Assembly: GCA_002104905.1 (NCBI GenBank)
Contig: MCFE01000695.1
Coordinates: 1 to 44,413, forward strand
Length of the DNA stretch: 44,413 bases
DNA from: Basidiobolus meristosporus CBS 931.73
Taxonomy: Eukaryota; Fungi; Basidiobolomycota
Reading direction: 5' to 3'
Shown in pieces: positions 1 through 12,882 of this stretch. Position 1 is the stretch's first letter. The number at the start of each line of letters is the position of its first letter. The notes below the pieces were generated by a model, which was not told where the DNA came from, did no database searches, and worked only from the letters and a program-made list of their open reading frames with translations. Made by a program: the position numbers and the translations under genes.

Positions 1-617
1 CGATTGTTCTTAAATAAACGCCTTTGCTGAGTTCGGACTGCTAGTTATGCGGTGGATAAATACGTACTCCACTAAAGTTATAGTATATACTGAGCGTCAA
101 TCGGACTTGGATCAACTTAAACCGCATTAGCATACAACCCATCTACGTAGCCACATAGTCCTCTGGATGTTGGAAATGATCCAATCAATGCTGACCACAA
201 CTGGTTAATCATCTGGATCTCCCGCTTCTGGGGACGATCGGCCATATCGGAGCAGAGTATACTCGAACAACTGATTCAGAATCTGGAGGATTAACCCTTT
301 AGCCAGCGGACTGGAGTTCCTGAATCAATTGCTGGAACAAGAGAAATTTTTTCCCCTTCACACAGCGATTCTCCCTGTAGCCAGTCAGGATGCAGAAAAA
401 TTTGGTAGGCCAGATATAGTCTCCCCGAGAATATCTGGATTGCCCTCTTCCCACTGTACGTGCCGTTCGAGCATCTCTTTGTAGGTAGGATATAATCGAT
501 TGCCATCTATATAGAGTAGTGTCTACATGAGACCGATGCACCTCGATTGTTATCTGTGGAATCATCCTACCCATCCATCTAACGTAGGTTGTTCATTGAC
601 TAGGACAGTGAATTAAA

Positions 618-1169
618 ATGGTCAGATACTCTGCCACTCCAGCCAACAGCGCCAAGTCTGCCCAAACTCGTGGTTCTTACCTTCGTGTTCACTTCAAGAA
701 CACCCGTGAGGCCGCCGCTGCCATCTCTGGCATGAAGTTGCAAAAGGCTATCACTTACCTTGAGGACGTCAAGGCTCATAAGCAGTGCATCCCTTTCCGT
801 CGCTTCGCTGGCGGTATTGGCCGTTGCGCTCAAGCCAAGGCCTTCAACACCACCAAGGGACGCTGGCCTGTCAAGTCGGCTGAATTCTTGTTGGGTCTTC
901 TCAAGAACGCCGAGAGCAACGCCGAGAACAAGGGTTTGGAAGCCGAGACTTTGATCATCAAGCACATCCAAGTCAACCAAGCTCCCAAGCAACGTCGTCG
1001 TACTTACCGTGCCCACGGTAGAATCAATCCATACATGAGCTCCCCCTGCCACATTGAGATCATCGTTTCCGAGGAGGATGCCACCGTCAAGCGTGAGGAT
1101 GATGGAAAGGCCCCCAAGCTTAACAAACGCCAATTGGCTCGCAAGAGATTGGTCGCCAGCCGTCAATAA
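618..1169 (+). CDS. RPL17: 60S ribosomal protein L17 (uL22), intronless CDS
   Basis: 183-aa ORF with [33 protein letters not shown] and [23 protein letters not shown], the eukaryotic uL22 signature. Confidence 0.98.
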   Translation: MVRYSATPANSAKSAQTRGSYLRVHFKNTREAAAAISGMKLQKAITYLEDVKAHKQCIPFRRFAGGIGRCAQAKAFNTTKGRWPVKSAEFLLGLLKNAESNAENKGLEAETLIIKHIQVNQAPKQRRRTYRAHGRINPYMSSPCHIEIIVSEEDATVKREDDGKAPKLNKRQLARKRLVASRQ

Positions 1170-1269
1170 ATTCCTCGTACATTCGGATGTTCTTGTATGA
1201 AGTACGCATCTACGTACCCTCTCTGCTTTGAAATAAAGTTCCACTCCTGGATTACATCAATAATATTGG

Positions 1270-1640
1270 ATTAGAGTATACTTGCGAGCGTGGCGCCGTC
1301 TTCAGACAGCACACTGCTCGAAGTACAGTTACGCATACGTAACAAACCGCCGGCTGCCACCGAAGATTGCTCATTCCCAACGTATCTACGCCCGTACCAA
1401 TAAACCACCCAACCACACCACCTGCCCTGTAAACTTGTCCCACCTGCATATTGCACTAAAGCATTGGCTTTGAGGGCATGCTCCTTCAAGATTTTCAATG
1501 TATATATATATGTGTGTGTGCACTTGGTTCGCATCAAAGATATCGGCTCCTCCTTTGGGTCGTTGATACATTGAACAGGTGATCTTAACCGACCTTTGTG
1601 CAACCTCATCAGTGAAAGTCCATGATATATTTGTATGTAT
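1270..1640 (+). pseudogene. Possible FHA-domain coding remnant or unresolved spliced gene
   Basis: One frame reads LVRIKDIGSSFGS (about 1524-1562), resembling the FHA IKD.GSS.GT motif, followed by SVKVHDIF. Stops interrupt the frame and I could not build a clean gene model. Confidence 0.25.
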
Positions 1641-2974
1641 GTCGGATGCATTGCATTACTCTCCTTGTGATCAGGTGGCCAAACACCGGATCATTCTCTG
1701 CTTTCCATCCGAAATATACAGCCTGTTGAGACTGCAAGACTTTCGGAGGGTTGGAGGAGTCCGTTTGTTGCGCCCAGGTAATCTCAATACAAAAGAATCG
1801 AGATACCGACACAGTTATGAGTAGCATGCCGAGATTTTCATCAGTTGCACAAACAATGGCTTATCCATATACCCAGAATCCACGCCTGGACAAGTGGGTC
1901 GAAATTCATCAACATCACACATTGGCCGCCTGCCATGAAAATTGGGCCCTCGACTTGCTAGCCATCTGGGGCCCAAATCGGTAGTTGGTTGCCCGAGGTT
2001 TGGTAAGAGATATCAATTCCATTCCTTGACTGGTAGGTGGGGAATCAGTTGAAATGATCGCTATTGCAGGACCATGTCCAAGAAATCGAGTACACACTAT
2101 GGCAGATACTGTGTATGGCACCCAGTTGTTCATAAATGATGGCGGTTTCCCACTCGGTCGACTGGTTGGCCATCAATTTGGACTTCGTGTGATATGCTCC
2201 GAATCCTTTATATTGGTAGCCTACCGGTCCTTAAGCACACCTGTCACGTTCCCCAGCCGAAGATTGTGCTGAGGAAGGTAGGAAATTGGTGAGCATCTTG
2301 TGTTTGATAAAGTGACATCTTTCTAAAGAGGGCTTTGGGACATTCATGGGCATTCTAAGGTTCTTCACTGGAATCCTCATACCATTTCCCAAGAACCCAA
2401 GGCTCTATCAACACAGGGGTACCATCAATTTGGTGAAGTTCACATTGAGGAGAAGAACATTGGTTGATCTTTGTGGTCAGACAGAGTAACATAGGTGGCC
2501 CCAAAACTTGTTTGATATAGGATACTTGCTCTCTGGGTTGAGTTCAGGAACAGAGGAACTTCCCCAAAAGTATTTGCTGGAGCTTCATACAACGGTAATT
2601 TCCTGTGGTTATGTTGTGTAGAATCAACGAGAGCCCCCTCCACTTCCCGTCACTGACCCTTACCCTAAAGTGACCTGACGAAACGTGTTGGCTGGATGTC
2701 AAGATGGTCATTCGTGTCTGGGATCAACGGGAAGACGGCCATGAACGGGTGGGAAGACCGCAGCCGATCGGAATGATTAGTGTGGGGTTTGCGACTGTCC
2801 GAAGGTTATCTACATCAGTGATACACAACAATCATCCCCTAAGGTTGGTGCGAGAATGAACCACACGATCTTCGAGGATCACCGGCACCACCACCATTCA
2901 AATACCCACGCGAAGAAGCCTAGAACTCCTAGGCAGTCGGATCCCCATCAGAAGCGCACCACAAAGAGGGGATA

Positions 2975-3010
2975 GGATTTGGATTTGGATCCGGATCCGG
3001 ATCCGGATCT
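2975..3010. repeat. Hexamer microsatellite (GGATYY)x6
   Basis: GGATTT GGATTT GGATCC GGATCC GGATCC GGATCT read directly. Confidence 0.9.
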
Positions 3011-4080
3011 ATAGCGTCCCTCGAAACCCGTTTGTTCGACCTTGCGCTGGTTACCATCAAGACTCTGCAACCAGTGTAGCAACCACAGGCATCACATGCC
3101 GAGACCGAATGAGAGCGAACCGGTTGGTGTGGTCTTGATACCATTGACCAGATATGATCGACGTAATGATGAGTCGAGTTTGTCTCGTGGTCATGCTGAT
3201 GGAGTGCTCACGCTTCTTTCCCCACGGCACAGAAACCTGACTGGAGATGGCCAGGCAGATGTTCGACACCCTCGGCTTGGTGCGACGTTACTCCCTGCAA
3301 GAGGAGGATCCGGGTCTCAGCATGACACGGCGTCGTTTGGCCTCAGGAAAGAATGTCGGCCAATTTCCAGCGCAAGTGCCCGACCTCGAATGTAACGGGG
3401 CTAACCTGATCTTGATGGGCTGTTTGCAGATGATCCGTAGGGAAGATCAGTATAGTAGAGTAGATGATCTCTCATCTACCAGGAGTGCACCATGTCCCGA
3501 ACACAACGACTCTAGGTATCCTGTCATATGGCTCGGCCGGTTTCGCTGCCCCTGCACACTTGTTTGCTGATCGATAGGAACCGAAACACACATATCACTA
3601 ATCCGGCATTTTCTCAGCTACCCACCAGCTATGTGCGGCACTCGCAGTCATCGAAACTGGCCTGCCTTATCCCTGGTACGAATAGTGCCCGGGCGAAGGG
3701 GGAAGGGAGGGAACGACCAAGGGTTGGGCTGGGACACAACGATCGGTGGATGGGCAGATGCTTGATAATTGATTACTTTAATGGTTTCGTAGAGTGGGCC
3801 AGGGGTTAAAAATAACATAATCTAACAATTCCCGAGGGCTTTAACTATATAGATGCGAGGTGTACACGGTGTGCTCTAACGATGGAGGCACATGAATAGA
3901 TGGGAGTGGCAGGAAGGTGAGCTGTACGAACAAAATTGCAGTGATTCCAAGAAAAATACTCGGGTGTAGTGGAGCTGGGTGCGTACTGTGTTACTTCGAC
4001 GGGTCAGCATACCAGGGGACAAAAGAGGGGCCCAGATATGGCGGGATTTTCCGGGACCCGAGTTGCATCGTCCTGGGTGA

Positions 4081-5620
4081 CTAGGCTTCGATGAGCTCGG
4101 CTGGGAGGAAAGTCCATACTGTGCCAACGATCGCCATGATGCTGCATATGCCGATCAAGCTCCAATCGAACATCTTGCGCCCTCTGGTGAGCTCGTTTTT
4201 GAACAGCTGGAGGTGGCAGGCCAGTGGCAATATGGCAGAGATGGTGAAGCAGGAGAAGGACCCCAACAAGGCCATCACGCGGTGGAAACCTGGTATCAGA
4301 ATGGCCACCATACAGACGAAGAGACAGAGCGCGGTGCGGAACACAATTCGGCGATACTTCGAGGCGCGGATGTTCAGGTTAAACGGGGCGTTGCTAAAGA
4401 ACACCTCCAGAATTAGGTTCGCCGGGTTCAGAGTCAGTCCGAACTTGCTAATTGGGTTGAGCACCACGGTCCACACAACAAGTCGAGTCAGAAACTGATT
4501 GTAATTGGGATTCTCAACCAGGTTCATGATGATCTCGTGTTGAAGTGAGTTGCCAAACATCAAGTAGCCACCACCGGCCATCACAAGGTAGATAACACTG
4601 GTGATGATGTAGGAGTACTTCAGCACAGCAGGGAACTTCTCCGGGCACTTCATGTCGCGATATATGCTGGCAAATACCGCATGACCGGCAAACCCTGCCA
4701 TCAGAAGACCGAAGCTAATAGGGATAGCCCATGGCATAGCGGGCCAGAGAGAAGTGGAGGCTGGCACCAACAGCGACCCGGGGGAAACTGTGGTGGAAAA
4801 TCCGTTTATAACCACCACGGCCACAAGTGCCACGGTAGATATAATCCCAATGATAGAGGTGTAGGCCAAGATACCAAGCGGCACCCATGTAGAAGGGATC
4901 AAAACAAGGATCCCGATCACCTTCAGCAGGTTCAGGTTTGATTCGGGATATAAGGCATGGATAGAGTCGGCAAACACCATCAGCAATGCCACACTTGCTG
5001 CTAGTAGCTCAGCGACCAGAAGTACGGCCATAGCTATTCTTCCCTTGTTTCCGAACGCAGCGTAACCCACGTCGGACAACGAGAGCATGGCGGGGTTCAA
5101 GTCCAGGCACCTACGAAGCAGAATAGCGGTGTAGCGAGTCAGCAGGCAAAAGCATAGCAGCAAGAACAAGCCGAGCACCCAGCCAGTGATCTTGAAGCCA
5201 TAGGGTAAGGATAGAATACCAAGGCCCATAAGTACATTCACTGCATTGAATACGGACTGTGAGAAAGTGCTTGTAGGCTCATCAAAGCCGTCCCCCTCAT
5301 GAGGCGAAGGCAACAAGGGCTTTTCCTCGGGATTCAAGCTACTGGGGAGCTTGGCAATCTGTTCGGACGTGGTGGTAGGAAGACTCATGGTGCATTCCGT
5401 GGGTCGAAGATACTCCTCGCCTACAATATCCTCGGGGCTAGAATTGGGGTAAGTGAAAGAACACAAGCACAGCCAAGGGCAGAAGAGCTTACTCGGGAAA
5501 GGCATTTGCCAGCAAGTGAAGGGTGGTGCTCTTGTGGGAAGAAGATAGCACGCCCTCGGTGATTCTAGAAGTTCTTGAGCGAGCTGACCGAACAGTGTAA
5601 GTTGAGCGGTACGAAGACAT
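4081..5620 (-). CDS. AVT1: Vacuolar amino-acid transporter, Aa_trans/AVT1-like. Exons 5620-5493 and 5437-4081
   Basis: FSQSVFNAVNVLMGLGILSLPY, MAGFAGHAVF and about 11 hydrophobic segments. A 55-nt GTAAGC...CTAG intron (5492-5438) joins an upstream ATG exon in frame. The orthologue name is approximate. Confidence 0.9.
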
Positions 5621-7859
5621 CACGAAGCTAGGGAACAAAGACGAGATAAGAAGACGCTACTAAAGACTCGGCCGAAAGAAAAGACGATTGATTGTCCCGT
5701 AGACAGCACTGACTGACCAGCATGATTGCTTTATAAAGCCAAGGATCACCAGATAGCCGCCTGAAAATATACTAACGTGATGTTACAATGATACAGTATC
5801 TCGCATATCCAGTCCATGATCAAGTAAGGAAATAAAAAGTATTTTAACTGGACAATTATCCGTTTCATGGAGACAAGCCAGCAACCCATGTTACGTCAAT
5901 TCTTATTGCAAGTACATAAATCGTTAATAATTAAACTGAAAACTCCATGGCCGCCGGACTGATATAGATAGGCAACTACAAAAAAGGATGAATTGAATCA
6001 ACTGGATGCTAAAGCCATACAATAGATCAAACACCATAAAGAGTAAATGGGTGATCATTTTGGTCCATCCGATATTATTGTCCTTCCCTGACACTCACAC
6101 TCGCGTATCATCGACAGAAATCAACATGTTAAGGGGGCCTATCACAAGGGAGAAACTCAAACCAGAGTGGTCAGGGAGTAGGGCGTAGGAGAGATTAGGC
6201 CAGAGTGTGTATCCTAGACATACTCCTTGCGCACCCAGTGCTGTCTGAGCCAGCACAAGTGCAACGGTGGTCAGATACAAGATCTCGTCTACACTCGAGT
6301 GCTACGTCCTATGCATCCAGGATGGTGCTTGTGGGGTGCTCGGGCACCGGGGTGAGTGTAGTCATGTCACATACTCGAGGCATGGCTGAGCCTACGGTGA
6401 GCAGGCATACATGCGTTGTTAGAGCTCCTGAGGGATCATGAGGAGCGGCAGTAGTTTCGAAGCGTCAAATGCGGGAAGTTTCACACGCTAATTAGTGATA
6501 CTTGATGACTTCGGTGGATAACTGTTCGGAGCATGTACACTCTATGACTCATGGGAAGCTGACTGAGGATGGTGACACAGTCAGCAGTATAATCATGCCA
6601 TTTACCTAGACTGATCTGGTGGATGGTGGTATTAGTTTGAACGCTGTGTGGCACCTGAAGTTTTCAAGACGAAAGCATTCGAGGTGGCAACCGCTGCATC
6701 AACACGGCAATCTTTCTGGATCGGAAGGGCACATAAATGACCGGTTTAACCAAGTTACTGGCAGGCGGATGGAGCAGAAGGATGGCTTGATCAGTGCGAA
6801 TGCCAATACGTGTCGATACGAAGGCAGCGGCTGTCACATGGGCAGGTAGACATGCTCAGAAGGTGAATGTGCCCGACGCACGCAATGATTTACTACATCA
6901 TTGGCTAGGCATGAGCTGGGCCAGGAATGGTTGGCTGCAGCCCAGCAATCAGACTCAATTGAATGTTGTGAGAGGAGGTGCATGATTGAGACATCGAGGT
7001 AATCTTTGGCTTGTGACTGACAAATGGAATTCCGAGAACCCAAACCACAATCGCCCATCCAGCTGATTTTCACTGATCATTCCTTTATCAAAGCGGTGCT
7101 GCGAGCGACATGTCCCACTCGCTTCCACACCCTACAAATACGGCCATCAAGTGAGTGAGTCCAAGGCCGACCACAGGCCACACCACCCAACAAACCACCA
7201 AGATCAAGAACCCATCTGGCAGCTAGCCAGTAATTTGATACGTACAAGCGTCGAGGGTTGGGCCGTTGTTGAACTGGACTGCAACAGATGCCTGCCAGCC
7301 CATCAATCGATGTTTCTATTTAGATCCAGGATGGTGGTACAATGGTTGTAGAGATTAAACTTCAAATCTAACCAGATCGCTGTTGGAGATTATACTGTGT
7401 TGGAATGGCCACTCTATTGAGTCTCGCCTTCCCATTCAGTATAGAATAAGCAGTATTAATTGGTCCACCTTCGGTGTGGTGGCCTTGTCCATATTTGGAA
7501 GGTTAGATACCACCATCTGGGTGGGAATTTATTGGCCCATGTGAATCGATGATCAGGTGGTATATTCCATGGTGCTTCTCTGCTCCTCTGCTCCTCGCTC
7601 AGTATGTGGAGGCCGGAATATTTGCAGCATTGAGGCGGCCAAGAAAGCATTGGCAGCTAAGTTCTCGGTTCATCCAGTGCAGCTCGCTTTGTGGAACTAG
7701 ACTATACGTGAGGTTGTGGCAAGGGCATGGCATATGCATATCTGATTTCTGATTTTTATGCGTGGTTTTCCACGCCCTCCGATTCTCTGATTCCATATGA
7801 CGTGCTTTCTGTGGCATCCCCAACAAGAGATACAAACTCCCCTTTTCCTAGAGCCGTGC

Positions 7860-8780
7860 AATAGGAATGTGGTTGGTCGCTTCACCAACCGGATTGGCAA
7901 AAGAGGTGTACAGGCCTGCTTGTGAATGCTTTCTGGATATGCCTAAATCGTTAATCGGCACTTTGCGGTGTCCGCTCAGTGCTGCAACACTTTTCAAGGG
8001 TAGTGAGGGTCTTGAGCAAATGGAGATTTATCTTGGGACACCCCCTATGGGTACCACACGGTCTCCTTCCACCCAAGACTTGGCCATTTAGACGATACTA
8101 TGTGGATTCCGGTATTTCCCGCTCCCAGATTTCCTTTCGGGATATAGCCATCGCCAACAATCTTCTTGGGAGTGATTGGCGGACAGGGATGCGAACCTTT
8201 GCTTTTTGACCTGCACATGCGCTGCAGCGAATAATTAGTCCTGCGCCTAATTTTCCACATTGTGGATGTCTCCAACGCTCTTGTCCTTATTTAGCCTTTG
8301 GCAATTTTCAGCCACCCTTTAGTAAATAAAATCATTGGGAATTGGCGGGAGCTGATCTAAAGTCCAAATCCAACCCAAGTCTCTTCATGCTGCACATCAC
8401 TTTCCAGGTTGGGCTAAAGATCCATTCCACTTGTAGATGGGTTACTCTTGATAGGAAAGAAGTGAAAGCGTGCTGGCTGTAAACACTCCTAATCACATAG
8501 GTCAATACAATCAACCCTTGCATAGGGTGCCATGTTACAGCCTCTTGGAGATGAGTGGAAGTGAGGCTGATGTATCATATATCATGATGGATGGCCCATG
8601 AAAAGTGGTTGAAGGCACTGCGGCCACCTTCTCTGCAAGCTTTGCGATTACAGCCCTGATGCATGTGTATCAATGGCCATTTCGGGGTAGTGGACTTTAG
8701 ATATGACATTGCCGCTGCAAACAAACAAGTTATCCAGAGATGTACTTGCCATGAACCACTCAACTTCATCATCATCTAGA
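7860..8780 (+). mobile_element. Highly decayed RT/RNase H remnant, tentatively DIRS/Ngaro-like
   Basis: Broken frames give SWDTPYGYHTVSFHP, FPFGI*PSPTIF and GMRTFAF* (resembling LPFGLS.SP..F and GIR..AYLDD), then PDAC..ISG*W..LQTNKL (resembling RNase H TDAS..G.W..HIN.LE). Many stops and frameshifts. Confidence 0.4.
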
Positions 8781-8930
8781 ATACAGTTTTCTTCATTTGT
8801 TTAACTCAGTTCAAAGCATCACTACTCCTGTGTTATTTGGGAGGCACTTCGAACCCATCCAAACCTACTGCAGATTGGCAGTGAGCGCTTGTCCTTGAGT
8901 TCTTGATGCTTTTTGTGGCCATCTATGTCG

Positions 8931-9280
8931 CCCTAAGAAAAAAAATTAAGAAAAGGCCAGCAGAATGCCGTCATAATATCAGCTGAATTCCAAGTTTTGC
9001 CAAACCTACAACTCTCAATATCTCGGGTACTAGCTATTAGGCAGACCAGCAGACATACTTTCTAGGAGAAGACTAGGCCACCTAGCAATCATGCCAAGTA
9101 TGGTAATTTGCCACCTACTACTAGCACCAAAAATTGCAACTGGAAATTTGAAGGAAAAACACCAGCTGAATGCCAGCAAAATACCATAAGAATACCAGCA
9201 GAGTACCAGTTAAAAATCTAATACTGGCAGAATACCAGCAGATTATCCTATGAATTCCAAGTTTGAGATTTCTCATAGGG
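8931..9280. mobile_element. Candidate 350-bp non-autonomous DNA transposon (MITE-like)
   Basis: The ends CCCTAAGAAAAA and TTTCTCATAGGG are imperfect inverted repeats. The interior has many copies of a ~10-bp CCAGCAGAAT-like motif. The TSD is ambiguous. Confidence 0.3.
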
Positions 9281-9841
9281 GTCTCAACCTACTGAGATGT
9301 TAATCTGCAAGTGCAGCTTTGATCATGGGATTCACCGCACAGATCCATGGCCTGACACTGGTCGAGATGACAGAGTAAATGAAAATCGGTAGGTAGCCGT
9401 TTAGGAACCGTACCCGGGCAATACCTTGCTGTCTCTTAACTCGACAACAGCATGATTGGCACCGCCCTAGTATTGTCAGAAACTTAGTCTGGTTGGTTGG
9501 TCATGCTTTCATGGAGACTATACGACCCCTGCTGCCGCAGGCATTTCCTGAGTGTTTAGGCAGTGTTACCATTGGCCCCAAAAATACGTGAAACACGCTA
9601 GAGTTAGCTACGCTGGCAGCACTTCTAACAAGCCCACCACCCCTTACTTGGAAACCAAAAAAAGACGCGCCTAGGGTGGCGAGCATTGACCAGTGGCAAG
9701 AACACAATGAGCTTTATTCATTTAGCAAGTAGCTAGGGACTAGTAAGAGCGGGCCCCACTTCACCTGTCCACTATTATGGGTGGTAGGCTGTTCCGCGAC
9801 TGGCTACGTGCAGAGAATATAGGGGTTGGGGGGTAAAGTAA

Positions 9842-11796
9842 CTATTCCCATGCGTTGGTCATGAGCTTTTGGACTGCGAGAAGCGCCTGGTATCTGACCT
9901 CGGGGTTTTCGTGTGTCATCAGCTCCATAATACGCTGCTTCGCCCCGATCTCTTGTACCACTCGCTTGCCGTTCACATAATGCTTGACGTATTGGCCAAT
10001 ATCATGGGAGGCAACAGCGAGTACAATAGGGTCGGTGGATGTTGCCAATAGCCTTCCCAGACGTCTTAAAAAAACTCCGAGATCAATAGGCTGGATGTGT
10101 GGATCGAAAACATGGCTGAACGTTACCTCAAGAGCTCATGGTCATTCTCGTTGAAGCGTGCGCTGTTCTGAGTCCAGAACTGCTGCGATTGGTGTGGAGG
10201 TGACCAGGAAAGCTTTCCGGACTCTACCTCACCAATGTACTCGTCCCATGTGCTATTTCCAGGAGCATCGAGGTGTTAGTAAAGAGGAGAAGCATGCGGA
10301 TGAGAAATCGTCCTACGTCAAACTCTGGAAATTCTCCTCAAGTTGGCTCTTCAAAAATTCAATGTCTTCTATGATGTCCGGATCGGACCACTTGCGGGTA
10401 GCAAGGTTTTCGCTGAAATTCAAAAGCTTGTGCACAAGCATGGACGCCATGTTTTCTTCTGGGGCCTTCTCAATCAGATTCTGTCCAACGTGCAGTCGTT
10501 AGCCTTACTATCCAGCAGGGTGGGCTTGTGTATGGAGAGAGAGGTTTTACCTTGAAAGTAGAGATGATCACTCGAATGACCTTTTCTTTGACGGATGCCT
10601 TGGCCACATCAATGAAGATCGGAATAACGTCGTACTTCCTGGAAATGACCGAGGGTTAGCAATTGCTCTGCTTTTGAAGCGTGCTCAAAGTCGATCAACA
10701 TACGCGCCAATTTCACCTGCTATCGACTTTTCAAATGATAAAAGCCAGAAGCAGAAGATCACTTGGTACTGCATCTGGGGGTTGTTGTTATTTCTCTTCA
10801 GGAGATCTAAAAGACTACCAGAAATCGAATCAGCCGCAAGGATGGGTGCTGTCCAGCTAGCTAGTTCTACTTACGACGAAACACCGTTGCGAGTCTCGTA
10901 AAACCTCCGCCTGTAGGCCGACACCTTCAGTAAAGACTCCAGATTTTGGACTGCAATGTCCGATACGCTGATGTTCTTGCTCTGGAGCTGAGCAGCAATC
11001 CATTGAAAGAAATCCCGAAGATCCACGCCTTCATCGCTATCAGCAGTGCTTTAGGCAAGCGCATAGGTTAAGGTTAATGAGAATTACGCTGTATGGGCTA
11101 TCGATAACTCTACCATAGCAAAGTAGTGAGGATTTTGCTTGATTTCAGTGCAATGAAATCATCGTCTTTGGAAAGACACCTGAAAGAAACCTGATTTGAG
11201 ACTCGGTGCGTGCTAGAACCGGCAAGTTGAAACTCACTTCAGAAACGGGGAAAAGGGGTATTTGGGGTTTTCTACGCAAGTTTGGTGGAAATAGATGGCA
11301 TTATTCTCGTTCGCTACACACGAGAGATGCGCTAGTTAAGTAAACGAAGCGGTTTAAACGCACGAGTAATAAGCCCACCATCAAGAATATCGTCGGCGAC
11401 AACTAGGAGTTGTTGAAGAGATTCGACTTTGGCAACCTTGTCAACGAGGTTTACAAGCGCCCCGACTAGTACGGCCCCAACTTCCTTTAAAATGCTTTCT
11501 TAGACATAGAAAATAGGTGGAATTGGAATAAAGAGTACACTACTGGTAAAGGAGCACGTGTCTCTGCAGAAGAGGTGTGATAGCTCTTCAATATCTGATA
11601 CTCCTCCTCTGTGACAAGCTCGGAATTTCGATAATCCTAAAACCTGTTAGACTGGTCGAAAGCGAGTTGTACTGTTCATAGCGGACAATACCTCCCAAGA
11701 GAGTTGTTTTTGGCGGACAGTGGATGTGAGCTCGTCTAGATATACGTTGGAGACGAGAGAGACTGGGAATACGTCGTTCATTGAAGAAGATGACAT
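9842..11796 (-). CDS. VMA13: V-type H+-ATPase V1 subunit H, multi-exon
   Basis: Exons join as MSSSSMNDVFPVSLVSNVYLDELTSTVRQKQLSWE|DYRNSELVTEEEY ... KASVKEKVIRVIISTFK|NLIEKAP ... TWDEYIGEVESGKLSWSPPHQSQQFW ... LAVASHDIGQYVKHY..GKR ... VRYQALLAVQKLMTNAWE, with GT-AG introns. Some middle exons were not resolved exactly. Confidence 0.95.
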
Positions 11797-12369
11797 ACTG
11801 TATGCTTAAGGGAGAGCAAGCTTTGCGTAAAATTGGAGTCAGGGCTATGCTATCAATAAGTATTACTTCACGTATCACAGTTACATCAATATCATTGATC
11901 AATGAAATCCCAACGATGCCCCTAGGCAGTGTATGTTCTACGAATGCGTCTACAATATCACACATGCCGGCTGAGAAATTATATCGGAAATAAGCAGCTT
12001 CCCCCATCCATTTCTCGCCATTTGGGTTCCAAAAAGGAGAATTACGGCGAGCCAAAAACATCCGTTTTGCGATATGATGAATTAACTTAAATTCGAGTGG
12101 CTTGTACGTTCCAACCTTAACCTAGCCAAGGTCGCACAAGCGGTATACTCTGCTGTTTGGTGACGTTGCGGCCAGGTATGAGGTACGCCTCCAAGTCAGC
12201 ACTCGCTCTCCCTTGCCCAAGGCAGCCCTTAGTCAGGTCTTGTCTCTGGGTGGGAGCTTGGTTCAAGGCGGCACTGGCAACTCTAGGCCTTAGCGGAGAT
12301 GCCGTGCAAGTCCTGGCCAGTCGTCCAGGCCATTGCAGAAAAGGCGAAAAACGCAGAAAACAGTAAATG

Positions 12370-12436
12370 ATTGGATTCTGAGGAAAAAGGATGATTGATG
12401 AAATCGGTCTGATTGGCAGACACGCAGGCGAATTGG
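12370..12436. promoter_or_regulatory. Three reverse CCAAT boxes (ATTGG) upstream of RPL38
   Basis: ATTGG at 12370, 12412 and 12432, 110-175 bp before the RPL38 ATG, in the divergent VMA13/RPL38 intergenic region. Confidence 0.35.
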
Positions 12437-12543
12437 CTAGGTGGGCGAATCAAGATGACGGAGAGAGGGAGGGAATAAAAGTTGGATTAAAGGCTCGGAG
12501 GCTCTCTCTTCCAACATATCGACCTACTTGGCCGTTCTTCAAC

Positions 12544-12882
12544 ATGGTTAGCATTTATACCACAGACGCGCGATCTTGTCCAACCACCAGCATCGTGACT
12601 TTCAACTTCGATGGATGGATCCGCGAATTTGCATAGATACGCAACATGAGACTAACCAGCCCTTTTACCCTACAGCCTAAGCAAGTCCAAGACATCAAAA
12701 ACTTCCTTGAAATCGCTCGCCGCAAGGATGCCAGGTCCGCGCGTATCAAGAAGAACGGCGCTGAGGTCAAGTTCAAGATCAGATGCTCCAAGTATCTCTA
12801 CACCCTCGTTGTCGCCGACCTTGACAAGGCCGAGAAGCTCAAGCAATCCCTCCCCCCTTCCCTTACTGTTGCTGAAATCTAA
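12544..12882 (+). CDS. RPL38: 60S ribosomal protein L38 (eL38). ATG exon 12544-12546, intron 12547-12675, exon 12676-12882
   Basis: M|[54 protein letters not shown]. Intron is GTTAGC...ACTAAC...TACAG. Confidence 0.97.

Noticed and set aside
291-574. Short - strand ORFs upstream of RPL17 and a protein-like + strand segment (LASGLEFLNQLLEQEKFFPLH)
   Set aside because: No recognisable family, and no consistent exon chain can be built at the window edge.
600-1244. 214-aa - strand ORF
   Set aside because: Antisense shadow of RPL17.
2440-2643. ORF with TFGEVPLFLNSTQRASI resembling a cyclic-nucleotide-binding motif
   Set aside because: Isolated short match with no flanking domain. The region is CpG-poor and looks like decayed repeat.
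8845-8860. GGTTCGAA (tRNA T-loop-like) on the - strand
   Set aside because: No T-stem, acceptor stem or D-arm pairing.
11588-12061. 157-aa - strand ORF
   Set aside because: It overlaps VMA13 exons 1-2 in a different frame. The conserved subunit-H sequence is in the other frame.
12368-12416. TGATGA/CTGA motifs suggesting a box C/D snoRNA
   Set aside because: Spacing is too short and there is no terminal stem. Better explained as CCAAT-box promoter sequence.
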